Assembly (NCBI GenBank): GCA_034722955.1
Contig: JAYEOM010000086.1
Span: forward strand, 1-11,993
Origin: Campylobacterota bacterium
GTDB lineage: Bacteria; Campylobacterota; Campylobacteria; Campylobacterales; Sulfurovaceae
Direction: 5' to 3'
DNA length: 11,993 nucleotides
In this document: piece after piece, positions 1 through 7,514 of the stretch
How the letters are laid out: each line of letters begins with the position of its first letter
How positions within the stretch are numbered: position 1 is the stretch's first letter
Program-made: the position numbers and the translations under genes
The notes under the pieces: model-generated
Told to the model about the DNA's origin: nothing
Seen by the model: the letters and a program-made list of their open reading frames with translations, nothing else
Database searches by the model: none

Positions 1-2
1 TA

Positions 3-533
3 TGCCTATCTATACCGATCAACAACTCTATATTGTGGGAGGATCTATATGCTAGTCGTGAAGTGCCACAAAGATGCAAAGCTACATTTGTGAAGACTCT
101 AGGACAGATACAGCCACTCACACTGCACAAGGATATCCAGACTCTTGGTGAGTTGGAGACACTGCAGTTCATAGAGCAGATGCAAGAGAATAGCGATATG
201 CTACTCATAGATAGCCGACATGAAGAGTGGTATGAGTATCGCACGATACCCACAGCTACTAATCTGCCATTTTCCCATATCACCAAGGCAGACAAGTTTC
301 CTGAGGAGTTCAAAGAGGCACTGGCAATTCTAGCTGTCAAAAGTACCAAAAGTGGATATGATTTTGCCAATGCCAAGACTATTGCACTTTTTTGCAATGG
401 CAGCTGGTGCAGTCAATCTCCATCTATGATAAAGAGCCTCCTCAAACTAGGCTACCCTGCCAAAAAGATCAAATGGTACAGAGGCGGCATGAATGATTGG
501 CTCGCTATGAGTATGACCACGACTAGACCATAA
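3..533 (+). CDS. Rhodanese-like sulfurtransferase (CNGxWC type), 5'-truncated by the window edge
   Basis: Shows rhodanese motifs LLIDSR, TIPTA.NLPF, the active-site loop FCNGSWC and C-terminal WYRGGM..W. The frame stays open upstream of the TTG at 33 (C-L-S-I-P-I-N-N-S-I-L from position 3), so the true start lies outside the window. Stop is TAA at 531-533. Confidence 0.9.
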   Translation, partial: CLSIPINNSILWEDLYASREVPQRCKATFVKTLGQIQPLTLHKDIQTLGELETLQFIEQMQENSDMLLIDSRHEEWYEYRTIPTATNLPFSHITKADKFPEEFKEALAILAVKSTKSGYDFANAKTIALFCNGSWCSQSPSMIKSLLKLGYPAKKIKWYRGGMNDWLAMSMTTTRP

Positions 534-563
534 ACCGCCCTATGGTTGAATCTCCACTTTTAG

Positions 564-645
564 GCAGGGTCGATTTATCGACCATCTGTTTGATGGGCTT
601 AGATGGTTTCTAGTTGCATATGATTGGTCAGTGAGCCGACCCTAC
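564..645. repeat. Inverted REP doublet (REPIN-like): two G(T/C)AG + short hairpin units in opposite orientation
   Basis: Positions 564-583 read GCAG-GGTCGAT-TT-ATCGACC (perfect 7-bp palindrome). The reverse complement of 626-645 reads GTAG-GGTCGG-CTCA-CTGACC (6-bp stem, one G-T). The two units are separated by 42 nt. GTAG followed by a hairpin is the hallmark of RAYT/TnpA(REP)-associated REPs. Confidence 0.75.
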
Positions 646-646
646 A

Positions 647-672
647 AGCGATTCTCTAATAATCGCTCCTTT
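647..672 (+). terminator. Possible intrinsic terminator hairpin downstream of the rhodanese gene and REP doublet
   Basis: AGCGATT (647-653), a 7-nt loop, then AATCGCT (661-667), followed by CCTTT. The U-tract is weak. Confidence 0.35.
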
Positions 673-729
673 AGTTCAATTTTCCCTCATCAAATTATCA
701 TACATTTCACAATAAATAAACTATTGTTT

Positions 730-756
730 TGGTATACTATTATAATCAAAGAGGAG
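730..756 (+). promoter_or_regulatory. Putative sigma70 extended -10 promoter and RBS of the GAF gene
   Basis: TGGTATACT (TGn + TATACT) at 730-738 and an alternative TATAAT at 741-746, with AT-rich sequence upstream. RBS GAGGAG is at 751-756. Confidence 0.55.
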
Positions 757-763
757 ATTGGAA

Positions 764-1582
764 ATGGATAATCAAAACATAGTTGCATCACTCAAAAATG
801 ATATCTCAAAAGTAGACAGCTTAAAAGAGAGTATTGCTATTGTTGCCAAGTATGCAAAAAAGATCACTAGTGCAGATCGATGTTCATTTTTCCTCTATCG
901 CAAAGAGAAAGATCAGCTCCGCAGTGTATATGCCGATGGGATCAAGGGTACTATCGCACTAAGATCAAATGCAGGTATCGTAGGTTATGCTTTTCACAAG
1001 AGAGAGTCAGTACTGGAAAATGACACATCACTGAGCTCTATCTTTCTGAAGGCTGTCGATCAGAAAAGTGGCTACAAAACCAAAAGCATACTAGCTGTAC
1101 CGATCATAAATAGTAAAAATACCAGACTAGGTGTTGTCCAGCTCCTCAACAAAGATGGTGGCTTCAGCCAGACAGATAAAAAAAATATAGAGATACTTGC
1201 CAAAATAGCAGTCACAATACTTAATCCTCAAGATCACAAGACTCAAGGAGTAGATCCAGTAGAGAAGAGAGAAGAGAAGACACTAGAGGTGCTTCATGAA
1301 AGATTTGACAACTACCTGAGAGATAAAAAGTTGTTTATTATGGAGGATGGCAGTGTCTACTACAAAATCCTCAATATGCAAAGAGACCATTTCATAGGTG
1401 CAGATCAGTGCTATATGCTTGAGGATACTCCAAAAGAGACAGAGATCTATCACTACACTTCATCAGATGAATTTTTATCTCTTTATATGTTTGTCAAGAT
1501 AGATGAAAAGGGTGATGCTCTACTGATCTCAAATAGGATAGGGGAGCAAAATTTTGCACGATATCCTCTAGAGAAGGATTGA
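764..1582 (+). CDS. GAF domain protein (PDE/adenylate-cyclase-type GAF) with an unrecognised C-terminal domain of about 100 aa
   Basis: Contains GAF motifs ADRCSFFL, GIVGYAF, VDQKSGYKTKSILAVPI, GVVQLLNK...F...D. The ATG at 764 lies 7 nt after GAGGAG and is preferred over the TTG at 758. Confidence 0.85.
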   Translation: MDNQNIVASLKNDISKVDSLKESIAIVAKYAKKITSADRCSFFLYRKEKDQLRSVYADGIKGTIALRSNAGIVGYAFHKRESVLENDTSLSSIFLKAVDQKSGYKTKSILAVPIINSKNTRLGVVQLLNKDGGFSQTDKKNIEILAKIAVTILNPQDHKTQGVDPVEKREEKTLEVLHERFDNYLRDKKLFIMEDGSVYYKILNMQRDHFIGADQCYMLEDTPKETEIYHYTSSDEFLSLYMFVKIDEKGDALLISNRIGEQNFARYPLEKD

Positions 1583-1616
1583 AACAGTAGTTGATCAAAA
1601 CTACAAAGGTGGGAAA

Positions 1617-3011
1617 ATGATCGATCAAGTAATAGTAGTTATCTATCTCATAGGTATATTGATCTTGGGAATATGGGCTGGAAAAGGTGTCTCCAACCTA
1701 AATCAATTCTCTGTTGCAGGACGCTCTTTCGGTACGATGGTTATCTTCCTGACTCTATCTGCATCTTTCATCGGCGGTGGCTTCTCGATGGGAAATGCCG
1801 AGAAAGTTTTTTTATTCGGGATCGTAAATATCTTTGCACTTTGGGGATTTAGCTTCAAAGAGATCTTGGTGGCAACCCTGATAGCTCCCAAAATGGACAA
1901 ATACCCAAATGCTATCTCCGTCGGAGACATCATGTATGAAAACTACGGAAACCTTGCCAAGATAATAACTGGGATTTTGTCTATAATTCTCTGTGCAGGG
2001 ATACTCGGTGCACAGGTGGGAGCCATAGGTTATATCTTCAATGTCTTTCTGGGTATCCCTCAAATCTACGGTATTCTTGTAGGGTGCGGCATAGTGATCA
2101 TCTACTCCACGATCGGTGGAATGCGTTCGGTGGTTTTCACTGACATAGTTCAATTTTTTATTCTCTCTATCGGTATCACAATGACCCTGATTTTTGGGTA
2201 TTTCTATGTCGGTGGCTGGTCTGGCATCACCGAGGCTGTACCAGCAACTCATTTTACTCTCCTAGGAACTGAGAAGACACTCTTGGGCTTTGTATCCCTC
2301 TTCTTGACTTTTTTATTGGGCGAAACTCTGATCCAGCCCTATGTCCAACGCCTATTTCTCTCAAAAAAAGCTACTCACACAGCAAAAGGAACACTATGGA
2401 GCGGAATCTTCTCCTTTCCATTTTTTGTTATTACCGGCTTTATCGGTATCATCGCTTTGACGATCGACCCCAACCTAGATCCCAACCTATCGATGCCATT
2501 TGTTATCACAGAAGTTCTTCCCATCGGACTGAAGGGTTTGGTCATCGCTGGTATCATCTCCATCGTCATGTCCTCAGCCGACTCTTTTCTAAACGGGGCA
2601 TCAGTAGCATTCACCCATGATGTAGTAAAGCCGCTTAGATCCAAGGAGATGAGCGAAAAGCAGGCACTTGTAATGACGCGGATATTCAATATCTTTGTCG
2701 GTATGCTAGCGGTGATAGTTGCGATAAAAATCAAAAGTATACTAGATATACTTATCTACTCCTACAACTTCTGGTCACCTGTGATGCTGGTTCCGCTAGT
2801 CGCAGCCATCATGGGACTCAAAGTCAATATAAGGCATTTTACTGCAGGAGCTTTGGCTGGAATCCTCGGTGTAGTTATCTGGAACTTTGTTTTCAACAAC
2901 CCTGGCGGTATTGACGGTCTAGTTATCGGTGTCTTCTGTAACTTTGTTCTCTTTTTTATTACATATTTTATTGATAAAAAGGGTAGCAACTCTAATTATC
3001 TCAACGCTTAG
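1617..3011 (+). CDS. Sodium:solute symporter (SSS/SLC5 family, PutP/PanF-like), substrate unknown
   Basis: 464 aa with about 13 hydrophobic segments. Family motifs include FSVAGR, SASFIGGG, YSTIGGMRSVVFTDIVQ, YVQR and the Na2-site-like SIVMSSADS. An RBS-like AAAGGTGG lies upstream. Confidence 0.92.
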   Translation: MIDQVIVVIYLIGILILGIWAGKGVSNLNQFSVAGRSFGTMVIFLTLSASFIGGGFSMGNAEKVFLFGIVNIFALWGFSFKEILVATLIAPKMDKYPNAISVGDIMYENYGNLAKIITGILSIILCAGILGAQVGAIGYIFNVFLGIPQIYGILVGCGIVIIYSTIGGMRSVVFTDIVQFFILSIGITMTLIFGYFYVGGWSGITEAVPATHFTLLGTEKTLLGFVSLFLTFLLGETLIQPYVQRLFLSKKATHTAKGTLWSGIFSFPFFVITGFIGIIALTIDPNLDPNLSMPFVITEVLPIGLKGLVIAGIISIVMSSADSFLNGASVAFTHDVVKPLRSKEMSEKQALVMTRIFNIFVGMLAVIVAIKIKSILDILIYSYNFWSPVMLVPLVAAIMGLKVNIRHFTAGALAGILGVVIWNFVFNNPGGIDGLVIGVFCNFVLFFITYFIDKKGSNSNYLNA

Positions 3012-3016
3012 CTTTA

Positions 3017-3174
3017 GGAACTTCACAAGAACAATTCTACCAAGATGACGCAGGAATTTTGTTTCTAGTTGGATACTCTCGTGAGGAGCATAGTGATTCT
3101 ATGCGACGATTGAGAGAATCCAAATAGGAGCAAAAGGAGAAGTCAGATGGGTAGAATTGTTTTTGGGAAGTTCC
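3017..3174. mobile_element. 158-bp imperfect palindromic miniature element (MITE; ERIC/IRU-like core) flanked by a TTA direct repeat
   Basis: Terminal inverted repeat GGAACTTC (3017-3024) / GAAGTTCC (3167-3174). Perfect 12-bp inner inverted repeat AACAATTCTACC (3030-3041) / GGTAGAATTGTT (3150-3161). Further paired blocks are TGAC/GTCA, TTTTG/CAAAA, TTGGAT/ATCCAA and CTCTC/GAGAG, with an apical GCATAG-TGATT-CTATGC (3088-3104). TTA occurs at 3014-3016 and 3175-3177. Confidence 0.7.
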
Positions 3175-3177
3175 TTA

Positions 3178-3924
3178 CTACCTCTGTGTCACCTTAAATG
3201 CCGCTTCGATCGCTTTGATAAAACCATCTCTGACTCTACCGGCTTCTAGTGTTGCGTAACCGGCAGCCGTCGTGCCTCCTGGACTCATAACCAGATCTTT
3301 GATGAGGGCGGGGTGCTGCTCCTCAAGCAGTGGTGAAAATCCTTTGAATAGAGCTTGAACAAGTTGTATACTATCCTCTCTCCTGACTCCCTGCTTGACA
3401 GCACCATCCATCATGGCTTCTGCTACTAGAGCTAGATAGGCGGGTCCGCTTCCCGCTACAGCTGTCGCAATGTCAAGCTCTTTTTCACTATTTAGCCAGA
3501 GGCTCTCCCCTATAGCATTGAATATATCTACTGCCTCATTTTTGACTCTATCGTCTCCTGTTAGTGTCGTTGCAGATGCTCCAAAAGCTGCAGCGATATT
3601 TGGCATAGCTCGTACAGTATACTCTGCGTTGATTTGTGCATTTAGTGATTTTATAGAGGTGCCGGCGAGGATAGAGTAGAGTGTGCGTGCTTGACCATGC
3701 AGATGAGCTGCTACAATATCAAGTGCATAAGGCTTAACAGACAATAAGATATTTTTATTGTCAATATTTATATGATCCAGTAGATAGCAAGAGGTTTTGT
3801 ATCTTTTTGAAAGTTTATCCAGCTTCTGCTCATCTCTCGCAAAAAATTCCAGTTCATATTTTTCTATTAATCCATCTGCTAGTGCTATTGCCATGGCACC
3901 ACTTCCTATGATCGTCAGTTTCAA
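3178..3924 (-). CDS. proC: Pyrroline-5-carboxylate reductase
   Basis: Shows the Rossmann motif IIGSGAMA, LSVKP, SILAG, RAMPN, TAVAGSGPAY and the signature VMSPGGTT. The likely start is TTG at 3924 (AAAAGGA RBS 6 nt upstream) rather than 3954. Confidence 0.96.
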   Translation of the reverse strand: MKLTIIGSGAMAIALADGLIEKYELEFFARDEQKLDKLSKRYKTSCYLLDHINIDNKNILLSVKPYALDIVAAHLHGQARTLYSILAGTSIKSLNAQINAEYTVRAMPNIAAAFGASATTLTGDDRVKNEAVDIFNAIGESLWLNSEKELDIATAVAGSGPAYLALVAEAMMDGAVKQGVRREDSIQLVQALFKGFSPLLEEQHPALIKDLVMSPGGTTAAGYATLEAGRVRDGFIKAIEAAFKVTQR

Positions 3925-4029
3925 AACCCATCCTTTTGGTGCATATTTCTTCAATTATAGCGAAACATCATAAGCTTTTTACATACTTTGAGATATGATA
4001 AAGAGAATATTCTATGTAGGGGTTACTGA
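3925..4029. promoter_or_regulatory. Divergent promoter region between proC and bamD-lon
   Basis: A minus-strand TATAAT at 3959-3954 faces proC. A plus-strand TATGAT at 3994-3999 and an RBS-like TAGGGG at 4017-4022 face bamD. Confidence 0.5.
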
Positions 4030-4674
4030 ATGAAAAAAAGTTTATTGATAGGGATTGCAGTTGCATTTCTCTTTGCAGGATGTCTAGGGAAGAAGGATGA
4101 ATCATCTGACTACAACAAACCTGCACTATACTGGTATAAGAAAATCGCCACCTCTGTTAGTAGTGGTAGTTTAGATAAGGCCGATGAGTACTATCTGTCT
4201 CTAAAGAGTGAACATATGCGTTCACCTCTACTCCCAACAGCGATTATTATGCTAGCTCATGGGCATATGGAGGAGGAGGAGTATCTCATGGCAAACTACT
4301 ACTTTGATGAGTATAACAAGCGATTTGCTACGAGTGAAGGTCGAGAATATGCTGATTTCATGAAGCTGAAGTCTGCTTTTTTGGGTATAAGTGATGTCAA
4401 CAAAGATCAGAAACTGATGATGGATACTGTAGTAAATGTCAATAAATTTACCTTGCGTCATCCAGACTCATCTTATGAGCCACTGGTTGATACCATATTG
4501 GTTAGATTGCATATGAGTCAATATATGCTCAATGAAAATATAGCAGCACTCTATAATCGTGTTGACAAGGATAAAGGTGCAGAGATTTATCGAGAAAAAA
4601 ATGCTCAGTCACCATTGAATCTGAATGATATTGATCTGCCGGAGAAGGGTATTGTCAGTAAGGTATTTGATTAG
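4030..4674 (+). CDS. bamD: Outer membrane protein assembly lipoprotein BamD (ComL)
   Basis: Signal peptide with lipobox LFAG-C18. TPR-like helices (YNKPALYWY, ADEYY.SL.SEH..SPLL, YYFDEY.KRF) are typical of Campylobacterota BamD/ComL. It occupies the conserved position directly upstream of lon. Confidence 0.9.
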   Translation: MKKSLLIGIAVAFLFAGCLGKKDESSDYNKPALYWYKKIATSVSSGSLDKADEYYLSLKSEHMRSPLLPTAIIMLAHGHMEEEEYLMANYYFDEYNKRFATSEGREYADFMKLKSAFLGISDVNKDQKLMMDTVVNVNKFTLRHPDSSYEPLVDTILVRLHMSQYMLNENIAALYNRVDKDKGAEIYREKNAQSPLNLNDIDLPEKGIVSKVFD

Positions 4675-4676
4675 AT

Positions 4677-7094
4677 ATGCAGTTAAGTGATTATGATGCA
4701 TTTCCGACTACTATACCAGTCATTGTAGAGGATGATCTCTTTTTCTACCCTTTTATGATCAGTCCGATCTTTCTCGGCTCGCAAGAGGATATAGATGCTG
4801 CGACCTATGCCATGGAGAACAATTCACTCCTTTTTGCTACCTCTACTAGAGAGGGTCATGAGGGTGAACGAAATTTTGAATCTATCTACACCTATGGGGT
4901 TGTAGGTTCGATCATGCGCAAAGTACACATGCCTGATGGGCGTGTCAAGATCCTTTTTCAAGGTCTCTCTAGAGGAGTGATCACTGCAAATGTGAGCGGT
5001 GAGTTTCCTCAGGCAGTTGTAGATATCGTCAAAAACCAAGGCTACAATCAACTTAAAGTTGATGCATTGATGGATATACTCCGTGATAAGATCAAACAAC
5101 TCTCATCTGTCAATAGCTCTTTTCCTGCTGATCTCCTTAGAACCATAGAGGAGAATGATGAGCCGCACCGTATTGCAGATCTGGTATCATCTATGCTTAA
5201 GTTTGGCAAAACAAAAGCTTATGAACTCTATATCGAAAGCGATATAGAGAAGCGTCTGTTGTCCCTAGTCGATGTGATCATCGAGGAGATTGAAGCAGCG
5301 AAAATACAGCGAGAGATACGCAACAAAGTACATACCAAGATAGAACAGACCAATAAAGAGTACTTCCTTAAGGAGCAGCTCAAGCAGATACAGCAGGATT
5401 TGGGTGTTGATACACAGCGAGAGGAGGAGATCATACTCTTTCGTGAGAAGCTTGAATCGATCAAGAGGTATCTAGATGAGGATGCTCACAATGAGATCAA
5501 AAAGCAACTTGATCGTTTTGCACGGGTTCACCCAGATAGTGGAGATGCAAATATTTTGCAGAGTTATCTTGAGTGGGTCTTTGAGATGCCTTTTGGAAAG
5601 TTCTCAAGAAAAAAACTCAGCGTAAAAGATGTCGCTAAAGAGTTGGATAGAGATCACTACTCGCTAGAGAAACCAAAAGAGCGTATCGTAGAGTTTTTTT
5701 CAGTAAGAGAGTTAGCCGAACTCAGAGGTATAAAGCAGGTTGATTCAAAAGGTGTAATACTATGTTTCTCCGGACCTCCTGGTGTAGGCAAAACCTCTCT
5801 AGCAAACTCTATCGCTACAGCACTCAAAAGACCATTAGTGAGAATGGCACTTGGTGGATTGGAGGATGTCAATGAGCTAAGAGGGCATCGTCGTACCTAT
5901 ATTGGTGCTATGCCTGGAAGAGTTGTACAGGGTATGATAGAGGCCAAGACAATGGATCCTGTCATTGTACTAGATGAGATTGACAAAGTAGGGAGAAGTC
6001 ATCGTGGAGACCCTACTGCCGCTCTACTAGAGATACTTGACCCTGAACAAAATGTTCACTATCGTGACTACTATCTCAACTTTCATATAGATCTTAGCAA
6101 AGCTATCTTTATCGCTACAGCCAATGATATAGGTCGGATTCCTGCTGCACTGCGTGATAGGATGGAATTTATCTCATTGAGTAGCTATACGCCAAATGAG
6201 AAATTTGAAATTGCACAGCGATATCTTATACCTCAAGAGTTGAAAAAGCATGCACTTAAAAAGCGAGAGTTTTCCATATCTGCACCAGCTTTGAAGAGAT
6301 TGATCGAAGAGTATACGAGAGAAGCAGGTGTGAGAAATCTCAGACGAAAATTAGCTACTCTGATGCGTAAGAGTGCGAGGATACTGCTCGAAGAGAGGGA
6401 TCTGAATAGAGTCTCAGTCACTATGAAAAATCTTGATAAATTTGCAGATAAAAAAGTTTTTGAAATTTCACCTGTAGAGGATACTCCAAAGATTGGTGTC
6501 GTCAATGGTCTTGCCTGGACCTCTGTAGGTGGTGATGTCCTCACCATAGAAGCGATAAGGATCAAAGGCAAAGGGTCAATACAGCTTACTGGGAGTCTTG
6601 GAGATGTGATGAAAGAGTCAGCTCGTATCGCCTATAGTGTAGTAAAGATACTTATTGATGAGGGTATCGTTAAGATACCGACAGATAGTATACCTCTCAA
6701 TCAAAAAGAGCGTGAAGATGGGATCAAGGTAGATGCCAGTCAAATTTACAAGCGATATGATCTCCATATCCATGTACCTGAAGGTGCTACTCCCAAGGAT
6801 GGGCCGAGTGCAGGTATTACTATAGCAACAGCTATCGCTTCGATATTGAGTGGAGAGAGAGTCAACAACAAGATCGCTATGACTGGTGAGTTGACTCTGA
6901 CAGGCAAAGTGCTGCCCATTGGCGGACTTAAAGAGAAGTTGATAGCTGCATACAAAGCGGGGGTTACTAAAGCATTGATACCAATGAAAAATTATGAGAG
7001 AGACTTAGATGATATACCTGATGAGGTAAAAGAGAATATTGAGATTGTAGGTGTGAAGCATATTAGAGAGGTCATTAAAAAGACTCTGCTGTAG
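4677..7094 (+). CDS. lon: ATP-dependent protease La (LonA)
   Basis: Has an N-terminal LON domain, Walker A GPPGVGKT, pore loop GHRRTYIG, Walker B VIVLDEIDK, sensor ALRDRME, catalytic Ser in PKDGPSAG and catalytic Lys in PIGGLKEK. Confidence 0.98.
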   Translation: MQLSDYDAFPTTIPVIVEDDLFFYPFMISPIFLGSQEDIDAATYAMENNSLLFATSTREGHEGERNFESIYTYGVVGSIMRKVHMPDGRVKILFQGLSRGVITANVSGEFPQAVVDIVKNQGYNQLKVDALMDILRDKIKQLSSVNSSFPADLLRTIEENDEPHRIADLVSSMLKFGKTKAYELYIESDIEKRLLSLVDVIIEEIEAAKIQREIRNKVHTKIEQTNKEYFLKEQLKQIQQDLGVDTQREEEIILFREKLESIKRYLDEDAHNEIKKQLDRFARVHPDSGDANILQSYLEWVFEMPFGKFSRKKLSVKDVAKELDRDHYSLEKPKERIVEFFSVRELAELRGIKQVDSKGVILCFSGPPGVGKTSLANSIATALKRPLVRMALGGLEDVNELRGHRRTYIGAMPGRVVQGMIEAKTMDPVIVLDEIDKVGRSHRGDPTAALLEILDPEQNVHYRDYYLNFHIDLSKAIFIATANDIGRIPAALRDRMEFISLSSYTPNEKFEIAQRYLIPQELKKHALKKREFSISAPALKRLIEEYTREAGVRNLRRKLATLMRKSARILLEERDLNRVSVTMKNLDKFADKKVFEISPVEDTPKIGVVNGLAWTSVGGDVLTIEAIRIKGKGSIQLTGSLGDVMKESARIAYSVVKILIDEGIVKIPTDSIPLNQKEREDGIKVDASQIYKRYDLHIHVPEGATPKDGPSAGITIATAIASILSGERVNNKIAMTGELTLTGKVLPIGGLKEKLIAAYKAGVTKALIPMKNYERDLDDIPDEVKENIEIVGVKHIREVIKKTLL

Positions 7095-7100
7095 ATACAA

Positions 7101-7128
7101 CTTATGGTAGTTTTGAAACTACCATAAG
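7101..7128. terminator. Probable bidirectional terminator hairpin between the convergent lon and receiver genes
   Basis: Perfect 13-bp inverted repeat CTTATGGTAGTTT-TG-AAACTACCATAAG in the 51-bp convergent gap. Confidence 0.7.
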
Positions 7129-7145
7129 ATTATTGCTATCGTAGA

Positions 7146-7511
7146 TCAGGTCCACTGGTCGAGAATTCGTGTGAGATCTTTCTCTATGATCGGCTTTCGT
7201 ATGAAATCATTGGCTCCATTATCAAAAACCTCCGTTTTTCGTGTATCATCGGTTGTCAATACAACTACGGGAATATGGCTATTTGACATATCTGAACGGA
7301 AAATCTTCAAAAACTCTACTCCATTAAGTATAGGCATCATAACATCAAGAAGTATAATATCTATATTCTCATTTTCTCTTGCCTTTTCAAGTGCATCTGA
7401 TCCGTTTTCAGCTTCTATTATTCCACTAACTCTTGCACTCTTTTTCAGGAGAGCCTTCAATAGCAATCTATTGATCATATCATCATCTACTATCAATACA
7501 GTTAATCCCAT
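7146..7511 (-). CDS. Single-domain response regulator (receiver only, CheY-like fold)
   Basis: Has the acidic pocket VDDD, the phosphoacceptor in LLDVMMP, Thr in VLTT and Lys in RKP. It is 121 aa with no output domain. The RBS AGAGGA overlaps the end of the kinase gene. Confidence 0.93.
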   Translation of the reverse strand: MGLTVLIVDDDMINRLLLKALLKKSARVSGIIEAENGSDALEKARENENIDIILLDVMMPILNGVEFLKIFRSDMSNSHIPVVVLTTDDTRKTEVFDNGANDFIRKPIIEKDLTRILDQWT

Positions 7512-7514
7512 AAT

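Noticed and set aside
1617..3011. Assigning putP or panF to the symporter
   Set aside because: Family motifs are clear but substrate-specific orthology cannot be determined by eye. Adjacency to proC is convergent and not evidence of proline transport.
3017..3174. The long hairpin as a riboswitch, tRNA or known housekeeping ncRNA such as 6S or SRP
   Set aside because: It lies between two 3' ends rather than in a leader and has no cloverleaf or SRP loop motif. Terminal inverted repeats plus a flanking TTA duplication fit a MITE better. An Rfam scan would settle it.
3925..3954. ORF-track start of proC at 3954
   Set aside because: It overlaps the putative -10 box and has no RBS. TTG at 3924 has an AAAAGGA RBS and gives the typical MKLTIIG N-terminus.
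6655..6760. Insertion of about 25-30 aa in the Lon protease domain (GIVKIPTDSIPLNQKEREDGIKVDASQ) as a possible intein or mobile insert
   Set aside because: It is too short and lacks intein splice motifs. A variable insert at this position is typical of Campylobacterota Lon.
1703..6955. Short overlapping ORFs inside the symporter, proC, bamD and lon genes
   Set aside because: They are fully nested in conserved genes on the opposite strand or in an alternative frame, which is expected by chance.
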